From the NCBI RefSeq assembly GCF_000284115.1, contig NC_017080.1, positions 2,370,001 through 2,402,000 of the forward strand: a stretch of 32,000 bases of DNA, given 5' to 3'. This DNA is from Phycisphaera mikurensis NBRC 102666 (GTDB lineage: Bacteria; Planctomycetota; Phycisphaerae; Phycisphaerales; Phycisphaeraceae). Under the pieces are notes generated by a model. The model was given only the letters and a program-made list of their open reading frames with translations, was not told the origin of the DNA and ran no database searches. Of this stretch, positions 1 through 9,400 are shown one piece after another. Numbering within the stretch: position 1 is the stretch's first letter; every line of letters begins with the position of its first letter. A program made the position numbers and the translations under genes.

Positions 1-8
1 TCGTCTAC

Positions 9-761
9 GTGAACCTCGGCTCGCTGCTGCAGGCTGAAGCGCTGCTGCCGGGGCTGATCGCGAGCCAGTGGATGATCCTGGTGCCGATCGCCGTCGGTGC
101 GCTGTGGCTCTTCAAGGTGGACGTCGCGGCGAGCTTGAAGCTGCGGCTCCCGCGGCCCGGAGCGATCGCTGGAGCCGTGCTGATGGCGTGCGGCGGGCTG
201 GTGCTTTCGCAGCAGCTGGCGTGGGTGCAATCCTTCGTCCTCGACGTGCCCGAGGCCTTCGCCGGCGGCACGGCGCCGATCGTCGAGCACCCCTCGCTGG
301 CGCTTGTGCTCTTCGCCGTCGCCGTGTCGCCCGCCGTCTGCGAGGAGGTCTTCTTCCGCGGGACGCTGCTCGCCGGGCTCGAGGAGAAGCTGCGGCCGTG
401 GGTCGCCATCGTGCTCGCCAGCCTGCTGTTCGGCCTCTTCCACCTCTACCTGCACCGCATCCTCATCACCGCCGCACTGGGCATCGCCATCACCTGGGTC
501 GCCTGGCGGAGCCGGTCGATCTGGCCGGGGATGCTGTTCCACCTCATCAACAACGGCGTCGCCGTGCTGGCCGTGCGGGAGGTTCTGCCGCCGGGGCTGA
601 TGGGCTGGCTGGAGCGGGTGGCTCCGGTCGAGAACGGCTACCCCTGGCCGGTCGTGGCGGCAGCGGCGGCCGTGTTCGCCGCCGGGGCCGCCGTCGTCGC
701 GAGGCTTGGCCGACCCCGCGCTGCCTCCTCCCTCCCGGGTGCCACGCCCGCTCGGGCGTGA
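9..761 (+). CDS. CPBP family intramembrane metalloprotease (CAAX protease-like), probably truncated at its 5' end by the window edge
   Basis: Hydrophobic protein with the motif VCEEVFFRGTLLAGL, a downstream FGLFHLYLHR and FHLINNGVAVL, typical of the CPBP/Abi family; stop TGA at 759-761. Confidence 0.85.
   Translation: MNLGSLLQAEALLPGLIASQWMILVPIAVGALWLFKVDVAASLKLRLPRPGAIAGAVLMACGGLVLSQQLAWVQSFVLDVPEAFAGGTAPIVEHPSLALVLFAVAVSPAVCEEVFFRGTLLAGLEEKLRPWVAIVLASLLFGLFHLYLHRILITAALGIAITWVAWRSRSIWPGMLFHLINNGVAVLAVREVLPPGLMGWLERVAPVENGYPWPVVAAAAAVFAAGAAVVARLGRPRAASSLPGATPARA
743..760. terminator. Hairpin CACGCCCG-CT-CGGGCGTG overlapping the end of the CPBP gene; possible attenuator/terminator without a U-tract
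   Basis: 8-bp perfect stem with a 2-nt loop read directly from sequence. Confidence 0.35.
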
Positions 762-912
762 GCACCGCCTCCGACGCTGGTTCCTCCACCTCCTGGAAGG
801 CTCGACCTTCAGCTCGCCCGTGCAGCGCTTCGCTCTTCCACGACGAAGGCAGAAGACCGGCCAGAGAAGGCAGAGAGAAAAAAGCGTTTCCCTTCCGTCG
901 GCCGAAGAGGCC

Positions 913-2181
913 GGTGGCTCACCGCCTCCGGCGGTGTAGGTCGGGCGGAGCCCGAGCCGGTGGCTCACCGCCTCCGGCGGTATAGGTCGGGCGAAGCCCG
1001 AGCGGGTGGCTCACCGCCTCCGGCGGTGTAGGTCGGGCGGAGCCCGAGCCGGTGGCTCACCGCCTCCGGCGGTGTAGGTCGGGCGGAGCCCGAGCCGGTG
1101 GCTCACCGCCTCCGGCGGTGTAGGTCGGGCGAAGCCCGAGCGGGTGGCTCACCGCCTCCGGCGGTGTAGGTCGGGCGAAGCCCGAGCCGGTGGCTCACCG
1201 CCTCCGGCGGTGTAGGTCGGGCGAAGCCCGAGCGGGTGGCTCACCGCCTCCGGCGGTGTAGGTCGGGCGAAGCCCGAGCCGGTGGCTCACCGCCTCCGGC
1301 GGTGTAGGTCGGGCGAAGCCCGAGCGGGTGGCTCACCGCCTCCGGCGGTGTAGGTCGGGCGAAGCCCGAGCCGGTGGCTCACCGCCTCCGGCGGTGTAGG
1401 TCGGGCGGAGCCCGAGCGGATCTTGGAGACGCCGACGCATCCGCTGCGCGGACCCCGCACCGCCGGGGGCGGTGAGCCACCTGCGGACCCGCGGGCCAAC
1501 CGTCGGCAGCCTTCTCCTCGTCGGTCCCCAGCCCCGCGCCGAGCGCGAGATTCGGCAGCCGACGCCATCTGCCGGCCGGAGGCCGAGCCGGTGGCTCACC
1601 GCCTCCGGCGGTGTAGGTCGGGCGGAGCCCGAGCGGGTCTTGGAGACGCCGACGCGTCCGCTGCGCGGACCCTACACCGCCGGGGGCGGTGAGCCACCTG
1701 CGGGCCCGCGCCCCAACGGTCGGCAGCCTTTTCCTCGTCGGTCCCCGGCTTCGCGCCGAGCGCAAGATTCGGCAGCCCACGCCATCTGCCGGCCGAGGCC
1801 CGAGCCGGTGGCTCACCGCCTCCGGCGGTGTAGGTCGGGCGGAGCCCGAGCGGGTGGCTCACCGCCTCCGGCGGTGTAGGTCGGGCGGAGCCCGAGCGGG
1901 TCTTGGAGACGCCGACGCGTCCGCTGCGCGGACCCCACACCGCCGGGGGCGGTGAGCCACCGGCGGGCCCGCGCCCCAACCGTCGGCAGCCTTCTCCTCG
2001 TCGGTCCCCGGCTTCGTGCCGAGCGCAAGATTCGGCAGCCCACGCCATCTGCCGGCCGAGGCCCGAGCCGGTGGCTCACCGCCTCCGGCGGTGTAGGTCG
2101 GGCGGAGCCCGAGCGGATCTTGGAGACGCCGACGCGTCCGCTGCGCGGACCCCACACCGCCGGGGGCGGTGAGCCACCTGC
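913..2181. repeat. Hierarchical repeat block: 15 copies of a 46-bp palindromic unit plus 3 full and 1 partial copies of a 171-bp interspersed element
   Basis: Unit GGTGGCTCACCGCCTCCGGCGGTGTAGGTCGGGCGGAGCCCGAGCC. Units 1-11 are contiguous (913-1418, every 46 bp); further units at 1590-1635, 1807-1852, 1853-1898 and 2070-2115. The 171-bp element is at 1419-1589, 1636-1806, 1899-2069 and partially from 2116 to about 2181. Confidence 0.97.
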
Positions 2182-2240
2182 GGTCACCCGGTTGCGGGGG
2201 CCTGGCCGCCGTCGACGATCGTCAGGTCTGCGCCCCCCGT

Positions 2241-2261
2241 GGCTGACACGGCGTGTCAGCC
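2241..2261 (-). terminator. Hairpin GGCTGACAC-GGC-GTGTCAGCC just 3' of purQ; putative terminator lacking a U-tract
   Basis: 9-bp perfect stem, 3-nt loop, 20 nt downstream of the purQ stop. Confidence 0.5.
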
Positions 2262-2280
2262 CGACGGGAGCAGCGTTCGC

Positions 2281-3015
2281 TTAGACGGCGTCGCGGGCGT
2301 TGCGGAAGTAGCGGAGGCCGGCGGGATCCTGCTTGCCGCTGGTCCAGGCGGGGTGGTGCAGCGGGTCGGTCCAGCGCTCGGGGTGGGGCATGAGGCCGAA
2401 GACGCGGCCGGTGGGGTCGCAGATCCCCGCGATGCCGCGGTCGCTGCCGCTGGGGCTCTCGCCGGCGTAGCGGAGCGCGACCTGGTGGTTCTCCTCGAGC
2501 GCGTCGAGCACGGCGGCGGGCGCGGTGAACCGTCCTTCCGCGTGAGCACTGGGCAGCTCGTGCTCCCCGAGGCCGCGGGTCCACACGCACGGTGATTCCT
2601 CGTCGGCGGCGACGTGGTGCCACGCGTCGTGGAAGATCCCGCTGCGGTTGCGGGCGAGCGTGGTGATCTGCACCGCCGCGACCGGGTCGGGCAGCAGGCC
2701 GAGCTTGACGAGCACCTGGAAGCCGTTGCACACGCCGAGCACCAGCATCCCGCGCTCGATGTTCTCCTGAAGCGCGGGCAGCAGGTCCTGCCGGAGCCGG
2801 GCCGCGAGGATCCGCCCCGCGGCGATGTCGTCGCCGTGGCTGAAGCCCCCGGGCAGGCCCAGCGCGGCGAAGCCGGCGAGCCGGCCGGGCTCGCCGGCGA
2901 GCGCATTCACGTGGACGGTCTCGGGCGTGAAACCGGCCAGCGAGAAGGCGTGCGCCATCTCGGCGTCGCAGTTCGTGCCGGCCGTGCGGAGGATCAGGAC
3001 GCTGGGAGAAGCCAT
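2281..3015 (-). CDS. purQ: Phosphoribosylformylglycinamidine synthase subunit I (glutamine amidotransferase subunit)
   Basis: MASPSVLILRTAGTNCDAEMAHAF..., LPGGFSHGDDIAAGRI, VLGVCNGFQVLVKLGLLP, VFGLMPHPER: diagnostic PurQ motifs. Start assigned to the ATG at 3015. Confidence 0.95.
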   Translation of the reverse strand: MASPSVLILRTAGTNCDAEMAHAFSLAGFTPETVHVNALAGEPGRLAGFAALGLPGGFSHGDDIAAGRILAARLRQDLLPALQENIERGMLVLGVCNGFQVLVKLGLLPDPVAAVQITTLARNRSGIFHDAWHHVAADEESPCVWTRGLGEHELPSAHAEGRFTAPAAVLDALEENHQVALRYAGESPSGSDRGIAGICDPTGRVFGLMPHPERWTDPLHHPAWTSGKQDPAGLRYFRNARDAV

Positions 3016-3070
3016 GACAGATCCGCGGACCGTGGAGCCAATCGATCGAAACAAGCCACGGTCCGCGGCT

Positions 3071-4204
3071 TCAGTCCAGGAGCCCGTCGGGCAGCTCGGC
3101 CGGCAGCGGCGTGGGCCGCTCGACGGTGCTGCTCATCGCGATGAACTCGCCTCTCTCGCCCGAGTCCAAGAAGGACGCCATCGCGTCGAGCACGTGCTGG
3201 CCGAGGTCGCCCGAACAGCGGTGGTCGCGGCCGGTGGCGATGGCCTGGGCCATGTCGGCGAGGCCGACGGCGCGGCCGTACCCCTCCGGCGTGGCGTAGG
3301 GGAGGTCGCGGAACTCGTCGTCGCCACGGCCCTTGAACCGGACCGTGCGGTCGAAGACGTTGGGGTCCGGGATCTGCAGCGCCCCCTCGGTGCCGTAGAC
3401 GGTGATCGGCCGCCGCCAGTCGTGCCCGCCGCCGACCTTCGTGGCGAAGGAGGTGGTGAGCGTGCCGGTGACGCCGGCGTCGAACCGCACGATGCCGGTG
3501 TGGTGGTCGGGGATCTCGATGTCGAACGTCTGCCCGTGCTTCGAGCCGGGCATGTCTCTGTCGTGCGTGATCGTGCGGGTCGGGATCTTCTTGTCGGTGA
3601 AGGCCGCGACGCGGTCGATCGACCCGAACAGGTGCACCAGCGCCGTCAGGTAGTAGGGCCCCATGTCGAACATGGGGCCGCCGCCGACCTCGTAGAAGAA
3701 CTTCGGATTCGGGTGCCAGGCCTCGGTGCCGCCGGAAAGCATCTGCGCCGTGAAGTGCAGCGGCTCGCCGATCAAGCCGTCGTCGATCGCCTTCCGCGCC
3801 GTCTGCTGGCCGGCGCCCAGGAAGGTGTCCGGTGCGGTGCCGACCCGCTTCCCGGCGGCCTCGGCGTCGCGGATGAGCTCCGCCCCCTCGTCGCGGTCGA
3901 TGCCCAGCGGCTTCTCGCCGTAGACGTGCTTGCCGGCGGCGATCGCCCGACGCCCCATCTCCACGTGAGCCGCGGGGATCGTGAGGTTCAGGATGCAGTC
4001 GACGTTCTCGGCGGCGATCAGCGCGTCCACGTCCATCACGTCGGGGACGTTGAACTCTTTTGCCGCCGCCTCGGCGGCTTCCCGCCGGAGGTCGGCGCAG
4101 GCGACCATTTCGAGGTGGTGGAATCGACCGGCGGCCTTGAAGTACTGCTTCGCGATGTTCCCGCAGCCGAGCACACCGACGCGAAGAGGTTGGATCTCAG
4201 GCAT
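3071..4204 (-). CDS. Gfo/Idh/MocA family oxidoreductase
   Basis: MPEIQPLRVGVLGCGNIAKQYFKAAGRF N-terminal Rossmann motif and GKHVYGEKPLGID motif. The ORF extends further upstream but only through the tRNA gene, so ATG at 4204 is preferred. Confidence 0.9.
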   Translation of the reverse strand: MPEIQPLRVGVLGCGNIAKQYFKAAGRFHHLEMVACADLRREAAEAAAKEFNVPDVMDVDALIAAENVDCILNLTIPAAHVEMGRRAIAAGKHVYGEKPLGIDRDEGAELIRDAEAAGKRVGTAPDTFLGAGQQTARKAIDDGLIGEPLHFTAQMLSGGTEAWHPNPKFFYEVGGGPMFDMGPYYLTALVHLFGSIDRVAAFTDKKIPTRTITHDRDMPGSKHGQTFDIEIPDHHTGIVRFDAGVTGTLTTSFATKVGGGHDWRRPITVYGTEGALQIPDPNVFDRTVRFKGRGDDEFRDLPYATPEGYGRAVGLADMAQAIATGRDHRCSGDLGQHVLDAMASFLDSGERGEFIAMSSTVERPTPLPAELPDGLLD

Positions 4205-4247
4205 ACAAGCAGCAGTCTCGTCGGCGGGCGGGGTGGGGGAAGGCGAC

Positions 4248-4321
4248 TGGGCCTGGGTGGACTCGAACCACCAACCGTCGGTTCCGAAGACCGGTGCTCT
4301 ATCCAATTGAGCTACAGACCC
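4248..4321 (-). tRNA. tRNA-Arg(TCG)
   Basis: Reverse complement folds as a cloverleaf: acceptor GGGTCTG/CAGGCCC, D arm GCTC..GAGC, anticodon loop CTTCGGA (anticodon TCG), T arm GGTGG-TTCGAGT-CCACC. The bottom anticodon-stem pair is a mismatch. Confidence 0.88.
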
Positions 4322-4454
4322 GCGAGGGAGCCGGAGCATACCGGCCTGCCGGAACGCCGGTACACGCCGCGGCCGCCCGGCTCGGGCCGGTCGCGGGTGG
4401 GCGCCGCGCCGCATCGCGTCTCGGCCTGACCGCTCCCTAGATCCGGCCGCGGCC

Positions 4455-6347
4455 TCACCGGATGACGATCGCCGCCGGGTGCAACAGCAGCACGGGCTCG
4501 GTCCGGAGCTGCATCGCCGCGTCCAGCCAGCCGGCCGCGGCCGTCCAGGCGGCGGGGCCGAGCAGCCGCCGGGCGGCCGCCGCCGCCGCGGGCAGCGTCG
4601 CCTTCTTCGCGGCGACCGCCGACACCTGCGCGCCGCCGAACATCGCCGAGATCGCCTCGGGGAACGGCAGCGGCTCGGGCAGGTGCTCCACCTCGTAGCC
4701 GGCACCCAGACCCGCGGCCGAAGCCGCCGCGGCGATGGCCTGCGGCAGCCCGCCGACGGCGTCGATCATGCCCTTCTCCAGCGCCTGCTCGCCGGTGAAC
4801 AGCCGCCCCGCGTCGACCTCGGCCAGCTCGCCCAGCCGCTCGCCGCGGCCTCCGGCGACGCGCTCCTTGAAGAGGTCGTAGATCTTCACCATGGAGGCCC
4901 GCACCCGCTCCCGCTGGGCGTCGGTGAAGGGCTGCGTGGAGTCCAGGTAGCCGGTGTTGGGGCCGCGCGAGCGGCGGTGGATGCCGACGCCGAGCTTCTC
5001 GTACAGCCCGCCGAGCGACATCTTCCCGCCGACGACGCCGATGGAGCCGACGATCGCGGTGGGCTCGGCGTAGATCGTGTCGCCCGCGACGGCGAGGTAG
5101 TAGCCGCCGGAGGCGGCCATCGATCCGATCGACACGAGGACCGGCTTCACGGCCGCGAGGTCCTCCAGCGCCTGGAACATCATCTCCGAGGCGTGGGCCG
5201 AGCCGCCGGGCGAATCGAGCCGGAGCACCACCGCTTTGACGCGTTCGTCGGCGGCCAGCTCCGCCGCCTGCTCGACCACCGAGTCCTGCCCGATCGACGC
5301 CGAGGAGAACAGCCCGTCGTCGCTGCCCGACTCGCCGGCGCCGATGGGCCCGTTGAGGTGGAGCACCGCGACGCCGTCCCGCTTCATCCCCCGGGCGGGC
5401 GGGTTCATCAGCTGCGCGAAGAGCGCGAAGGGGCTGGTGGGCATCGCCGAGCCGCCGGCGCGGCCGAGCTGCGTGTCCCAGGCGAAGTCTTCGCCGAACA
5501 GCGACGAGGTCTCCTCGGTGAGGCCCCGCTCGACGGCGGCATCGATCAGCCCCCGCTCCACCAGGCCGGCGTCGTCGAGCAGCCAAGCGTCCGCCATCGC
5601 GGCCTCGGCCTCGGCCCGGTCCATCCCGCGGCCCGCCGCGATGCCGCCGAGCAATCCGCCGTAGAGCCCGTCGAGCAGGCCCTCGATGTTCTCGCTCCAC
5701 GCCTCCGAAGGGCCGGTCCGCGTGAAGGTCTCCTCGGCGCCCTTGAAGCGGCCGACCTGCATCAGGTCGGCCTCCACGCCGACCTTCTCGAGCATCCCGG
5801 CGAGGTACATCTCCTCCACCGCGATGCCCTGCAGCTCCAGCGACCCGTTGCGCTGCAGCAGCAGGCGGTCGGCGACGCTGGCGAGGTAGTAGCCCGTGGT
5901 GTCGTAGGCGGCCGCGAAGACCACCACCGGCTTGCCGGCCGTCTTCAGCCGCTCCAGGCCCCGACGCAGGGCGCCGGCCTGCGAGAGGGAGAGCTCCGGC
6001 CCCTTGAGGTGGACGACCAGGCCGGCGTGGTCGTCGCTGGTCTCGACCCGCTCGATCTGCGCGAGCACGTCCGAGAGCGACGGCGGCAGGTCGGCGGGAT
6101 CCAGGAAACTGAAGGGCGCGGGCCCTTGCCGCAGCGAGCCCTCGATCTCCAGCCAGCCCACTTGGCTCGCCTCCCGGCCCGCCGCCGCGGGCGCCACCGA
6201 TTCTTCCGCCGGCTCCACGGGCAACGCCTCGACGGCCTGCTCGGCGGCGTCGGCCACGTCGTCGGTGGTGACGGGGGCGACGGCGGCGGACGCGGGACAG
6301 GCGGCGGCCAGCGCGAGAGCGGCCGGCAAGAGGCGGAGCATGGGCAT
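4455..6347 (-). CDS. sppA: Signal peptide peptidase SppA, two-domain (67K-like) serine protease with signal peptide
   Basis: Signal-like MPMLRLLPAALALAAACPASA; VVLRLDSPGGSAHASEMMFQAL, SIGSMAASGGYYLAVAGDTIYAEPTAIVGSIGVV. Start could be 6347 or 6341. Confidence 0.88.
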   Translation of the reverse strand: MPMLRLLPAALALAAACPASAAVAPVTTDDVADAAEQAVEALPVEPAEESVAPAAAGREASQVGWLEIEGSLRQGPAPFSFLDPADLPPSLSDVLAQIERVETSDDHAGLVVHLKGPELSLSQAGALRRGLERLKTAGKPVVVFAAAYDTTGYYLASVADRLLLQRNGSLELQGIAVEEMYLAGMLEKVGVEADLMQVGRFKGAEETFTRTGPSEAWSENIEGLLDGLYGGLLGGIAAGRGMDRAEAEAAMADAWLLDDAGLVERGLIDAAVERGLTEETSSLFGEDFAWDTQLGRAGGSAMPTSPFALFAQLMNPPARGMKRDGVAVLHLNGPIGAGESGSDDGLFSSASIGQDSVVEQAAELAADERVKAVVLRLDSPGGSAHASEMMFQALEDLAAVKPVLVSIGSMAASGGYYLAVAGDTIYAEPTAIVGSIGVVGGKMSLGGLYEKLGVGIHRRSRGPNTGYLDSTQPFTDAQRERVRASMVKIYDLFKERVAGGRGERLGELAEVDAGRLFTGEQALEKGMIDAVGGLPQAIAAAASAAGLGAGYEVEHLPEPLPFPEAISAMFGGAQVSAVAAKKATLPAAAAAARRLLGPAAWTAAAGWLDAAMQLRTEPVLLLHPAAIVIR

Positions 6348-6431
6348 CCCCAAGCGTACGCGACGGCCGCGGGGCGCAGCGTCCCGCCGCCCCGCGGGCC
6401 GAGGCGGGCGGCCCGTCGCGTAAACTAGACC

Positions 6432-9400
6432 ATGAGCATCGCCCCCTCGCCTGCGCGGGTTCCCGCGGCCTCGCCCGTGCTGACCGACACCGACGAGGCG
6501 GATGCCTTCGTCGGCGAGCTCTCCCGCCGCTGCCGCGGCGAGGTGCTCACCGGCCGGACGCTCCGCGGGATCTACGCCACGGACGCGTCGCTGTACCAGC
6601 AGTTCCCGCGGGCGGTGCTGGTGCCCCGCGACGAAGCGGACGTGGCGGCGGCGGTCCGCGTCTGCGCTGCGCACCGGGTGCCGATCACGCCGCGGGGCGG
6701 CGCGACCAGCCTCTCGGGGCAGACCTTCGGGCCCGGGCTGGTGCTCGACTTCTCGAAGCACATGGACCAGGTGATCTCGGTCGATGCCGAGGCGGGCACC
6801 GCGGTGGTGCAGCCCGGCGTCGTCCGCGACCGGCTCAACGCGCAGGTGGCCGAGCACGGCCTGCACCTCTCGCCCGATCCGGCGACCGGCAGCCGGGCGA
6901 CGGTGGGCGGGATGATCGGCAACAACACCTGCGGCACGCGCAGCGTCGTGTACGGCAAGACGATCGACAGCGTGATCTCGCTGCGCTGCGTGCTCGCCGA
7001 CGGGACGGTCGCCGACTTCACCCCCTGCGACGACCAGACGTGGCAGGCGCGGGCACGCGGCGAGGGCGTGAGCGAGACCGAGGCCCGCCTCTACCGCGGC
7101 GTCCGCGACCTCGTGCTGAAGCACCAGGACGCGATCCGCACCGGCTACCCCGAGGTGCTGCGTCGTGTCTCCGGCTACAACCTCGACGAGTTCGTCGACG
7201 GCGCCGGCTACACCGGCGACATCGGCCCCCGTCGCGAGCACAACCAGGGCCACCGGACCTGGAACCTGGCGAACCTCATGGTGGGCAGCGAGGGCACGCT
7301 GGGGCTGATCACCGAGGCGACCGTCCACCTGGAGAAGCTTCCCGAAGCGACCGCGCTGGTCATCGTGCACTTCGACTCGCTCGACGCGAGCCTCCGCCAC
7401 GTCGACGCGATGCTCGAGCACAAGCCCAGCACCGTCGAGCTGCTCGACGACATCGTGATCCGCGAGGCGAAGGTGAACCCGTCGACCAAGGCGATGTGCA
7501 ACTTCGTCGAGGGCGAACCGGCGGCCGTGCAGCTCGTCGAGTTCTTCGGCGACACGCCGGAGGAAGCCGCGGACCGCGCCGAGAACTTTGCCCGCGACAT
7601 GGCGGTCCGCGGGATCGGCTACGCGCACCCGATCCGCACCGATCCCAAGGGCATGGCCGACGTGTGGAACACGCGGAAGCTCGGGCTCGGGCTCATCTCC
7701 AACAACTACGGGCCGCTCAAGGGCAAGGACTTCATCGAGGACGCCTGCGTGCCCACGCGGCACCTCGCCGACTACATCCAGAAGATCCAGAAGCTCTGCC
7801 AAGAGAACGGCATCGACCGCCTCGCGCTCTACGCCCACGCCTCGGTGGGCGTCGTCCATGTGGTCCCCGCGCTGGACCTGCACCACGACGACCAGGTGGA
7901 GACGATGGAGCGTGTGGCCGAGCAGGCCTTCGCGTGGGTGATGGAGTACGGCGGCAGCTGGTCGGGCGAGCACGGCGACGGGCAGCTCCGCGGGCAGTTC
8001 CTGCCGAAGATGTTTGGCCCGGAGCTGTACGGAGCCTTCCGCGAGGTGAAGTCGCTGTTCGATCCGCACAACCTCATGAACCCCGGGAAGGTGGTGGACG
8101 CGGATCCGATGTCCGAGGGCCTGCGTTACCAGGTGCCGGGTTACAACAAGCGGATCGCGGAAGTCCGCACCCTGCACCACCACCGCTCGCAGGGCGGCTT
8201 CCAGCTGGCCGTCGAGCAGTGCAACGGGGTGGGGGCTTGCCGCAAGCTCGGCAGCGGCACGATGTGCCCCTCCTACATGGCGACGCGGAACGAGAAGGAC
8301 ACCACCCGCGGCCGGGCCAACGCCCTGCGGCTGGCGATGTCCGGGCAGCTCGGTCCCGACCCGATGGCGGCGCTCGCCGGCGACGGCGTGAAGGGCGTGT
8401 TGGACCTCTGCCTCTCGTGCAAGGCCTGCAAAACCGAGTGCCCCAACGCGGTGGACATGGGCAAGATGAAGGCGGACGTGATGCAGATCCGCCACGACCG
8501 CTACGGGGCGAGCCTGGGGTACAAGCTGCTCGGCCGCATGCCCGATGCGGCCGCCAGAATCGCCGGGCCGCTGGCGCCGCTGATCCAGCTGCCGCTGAAG
8601 ATCCCCGGCGTCCGCTTCGTGATGGAGAAGCTCACGGGCATCGACCGCCGGCGGCCGCTGCCGGCCTTCAGCTCCACCACGCTGGCGCGGGAACTCGGAG
8701 GCCGCCGCCCGCGGAGCGAGGTCGAAGCGCCGCGGGGCCCGGTGGTCCTCTTCGACGACACGTACGCCAGCTACATGGAGCCGGGGGTCGGCGTCGCGGC
8801 GGTGGAGCTGCTCGAGGCCGCCGGCTTCCGCGTGACGCTCGCCGACGCCGGCTGCTGCCAGCGCCCGCGGCTGTCCAAGGGCCTCGTCCGCGAAGCCAAG
8901 CAGTTGGGGACGCAGACCCTCCGCAACCTCGACGGCTTCGCCCGCGAGGGCCTCAAGATCGTGTGCCTGGAGCCCAGCTGCGCTTCGGCCCTGGTCGACG
9001 ACCTCCCCGACCTGTGCGACGACGGCGAGGAGGCGGAGATGGGCCGGCGGGTGGCGGAGCAGGTCCGCATGATCGACGTCTTCCTCGACGAGGAGGGCGT
9101 GGAGCTGGAGTCCTCCGTCGGCGACACGCTGCTGCACGGCCACTGCCACCAGAAGGCGATGTTCGGCACCGCCTCGACGAAGAGAGCGCTGGGCGCCGGC
9201 TGCACCGAGGTCGACAGCGGCTGCTGCGGCATGGCCGGTAGCTTCGGCTACGAACACATGAACGTGAGCGAGAAGATCGGCGAGGACCGGCTCTTCCCTG
9301 CCGTGCGGGGAGCCGCCGCGGCGGGCAAGACGATCGTGGCGCCGGGTCTCTCGTGCCGGCACCAGATACTCGACTTCCTCGGTGTCGAGGCGAAGCACTT

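Noticed and set aside
913-2181. CRISPR array
   Set aside because: Repeats are directly contiguous or separated by the same 171-bp sequence rather than unique spacers, and no cas-like genes are present in the window.
1287-2187. ORFs on both strands across the 46-bp array (e.g. 1333..1599, 1379..1816, 1472..1879, 1813..2187)
   Set aside because: The unit length (46) is not a multiple of 3, so the frame rotates each copy; products are low-complexity translations of the palindromic DNA with no RBS or family match.
4205-4705. Upstream extension of the Gfo/Idh ORF to 4705
   Set aside because: It runs through tRNA-Arg and the end of sppA; the conserved N-terminus begins at MPEIQPLRVGVLGCG (4204).
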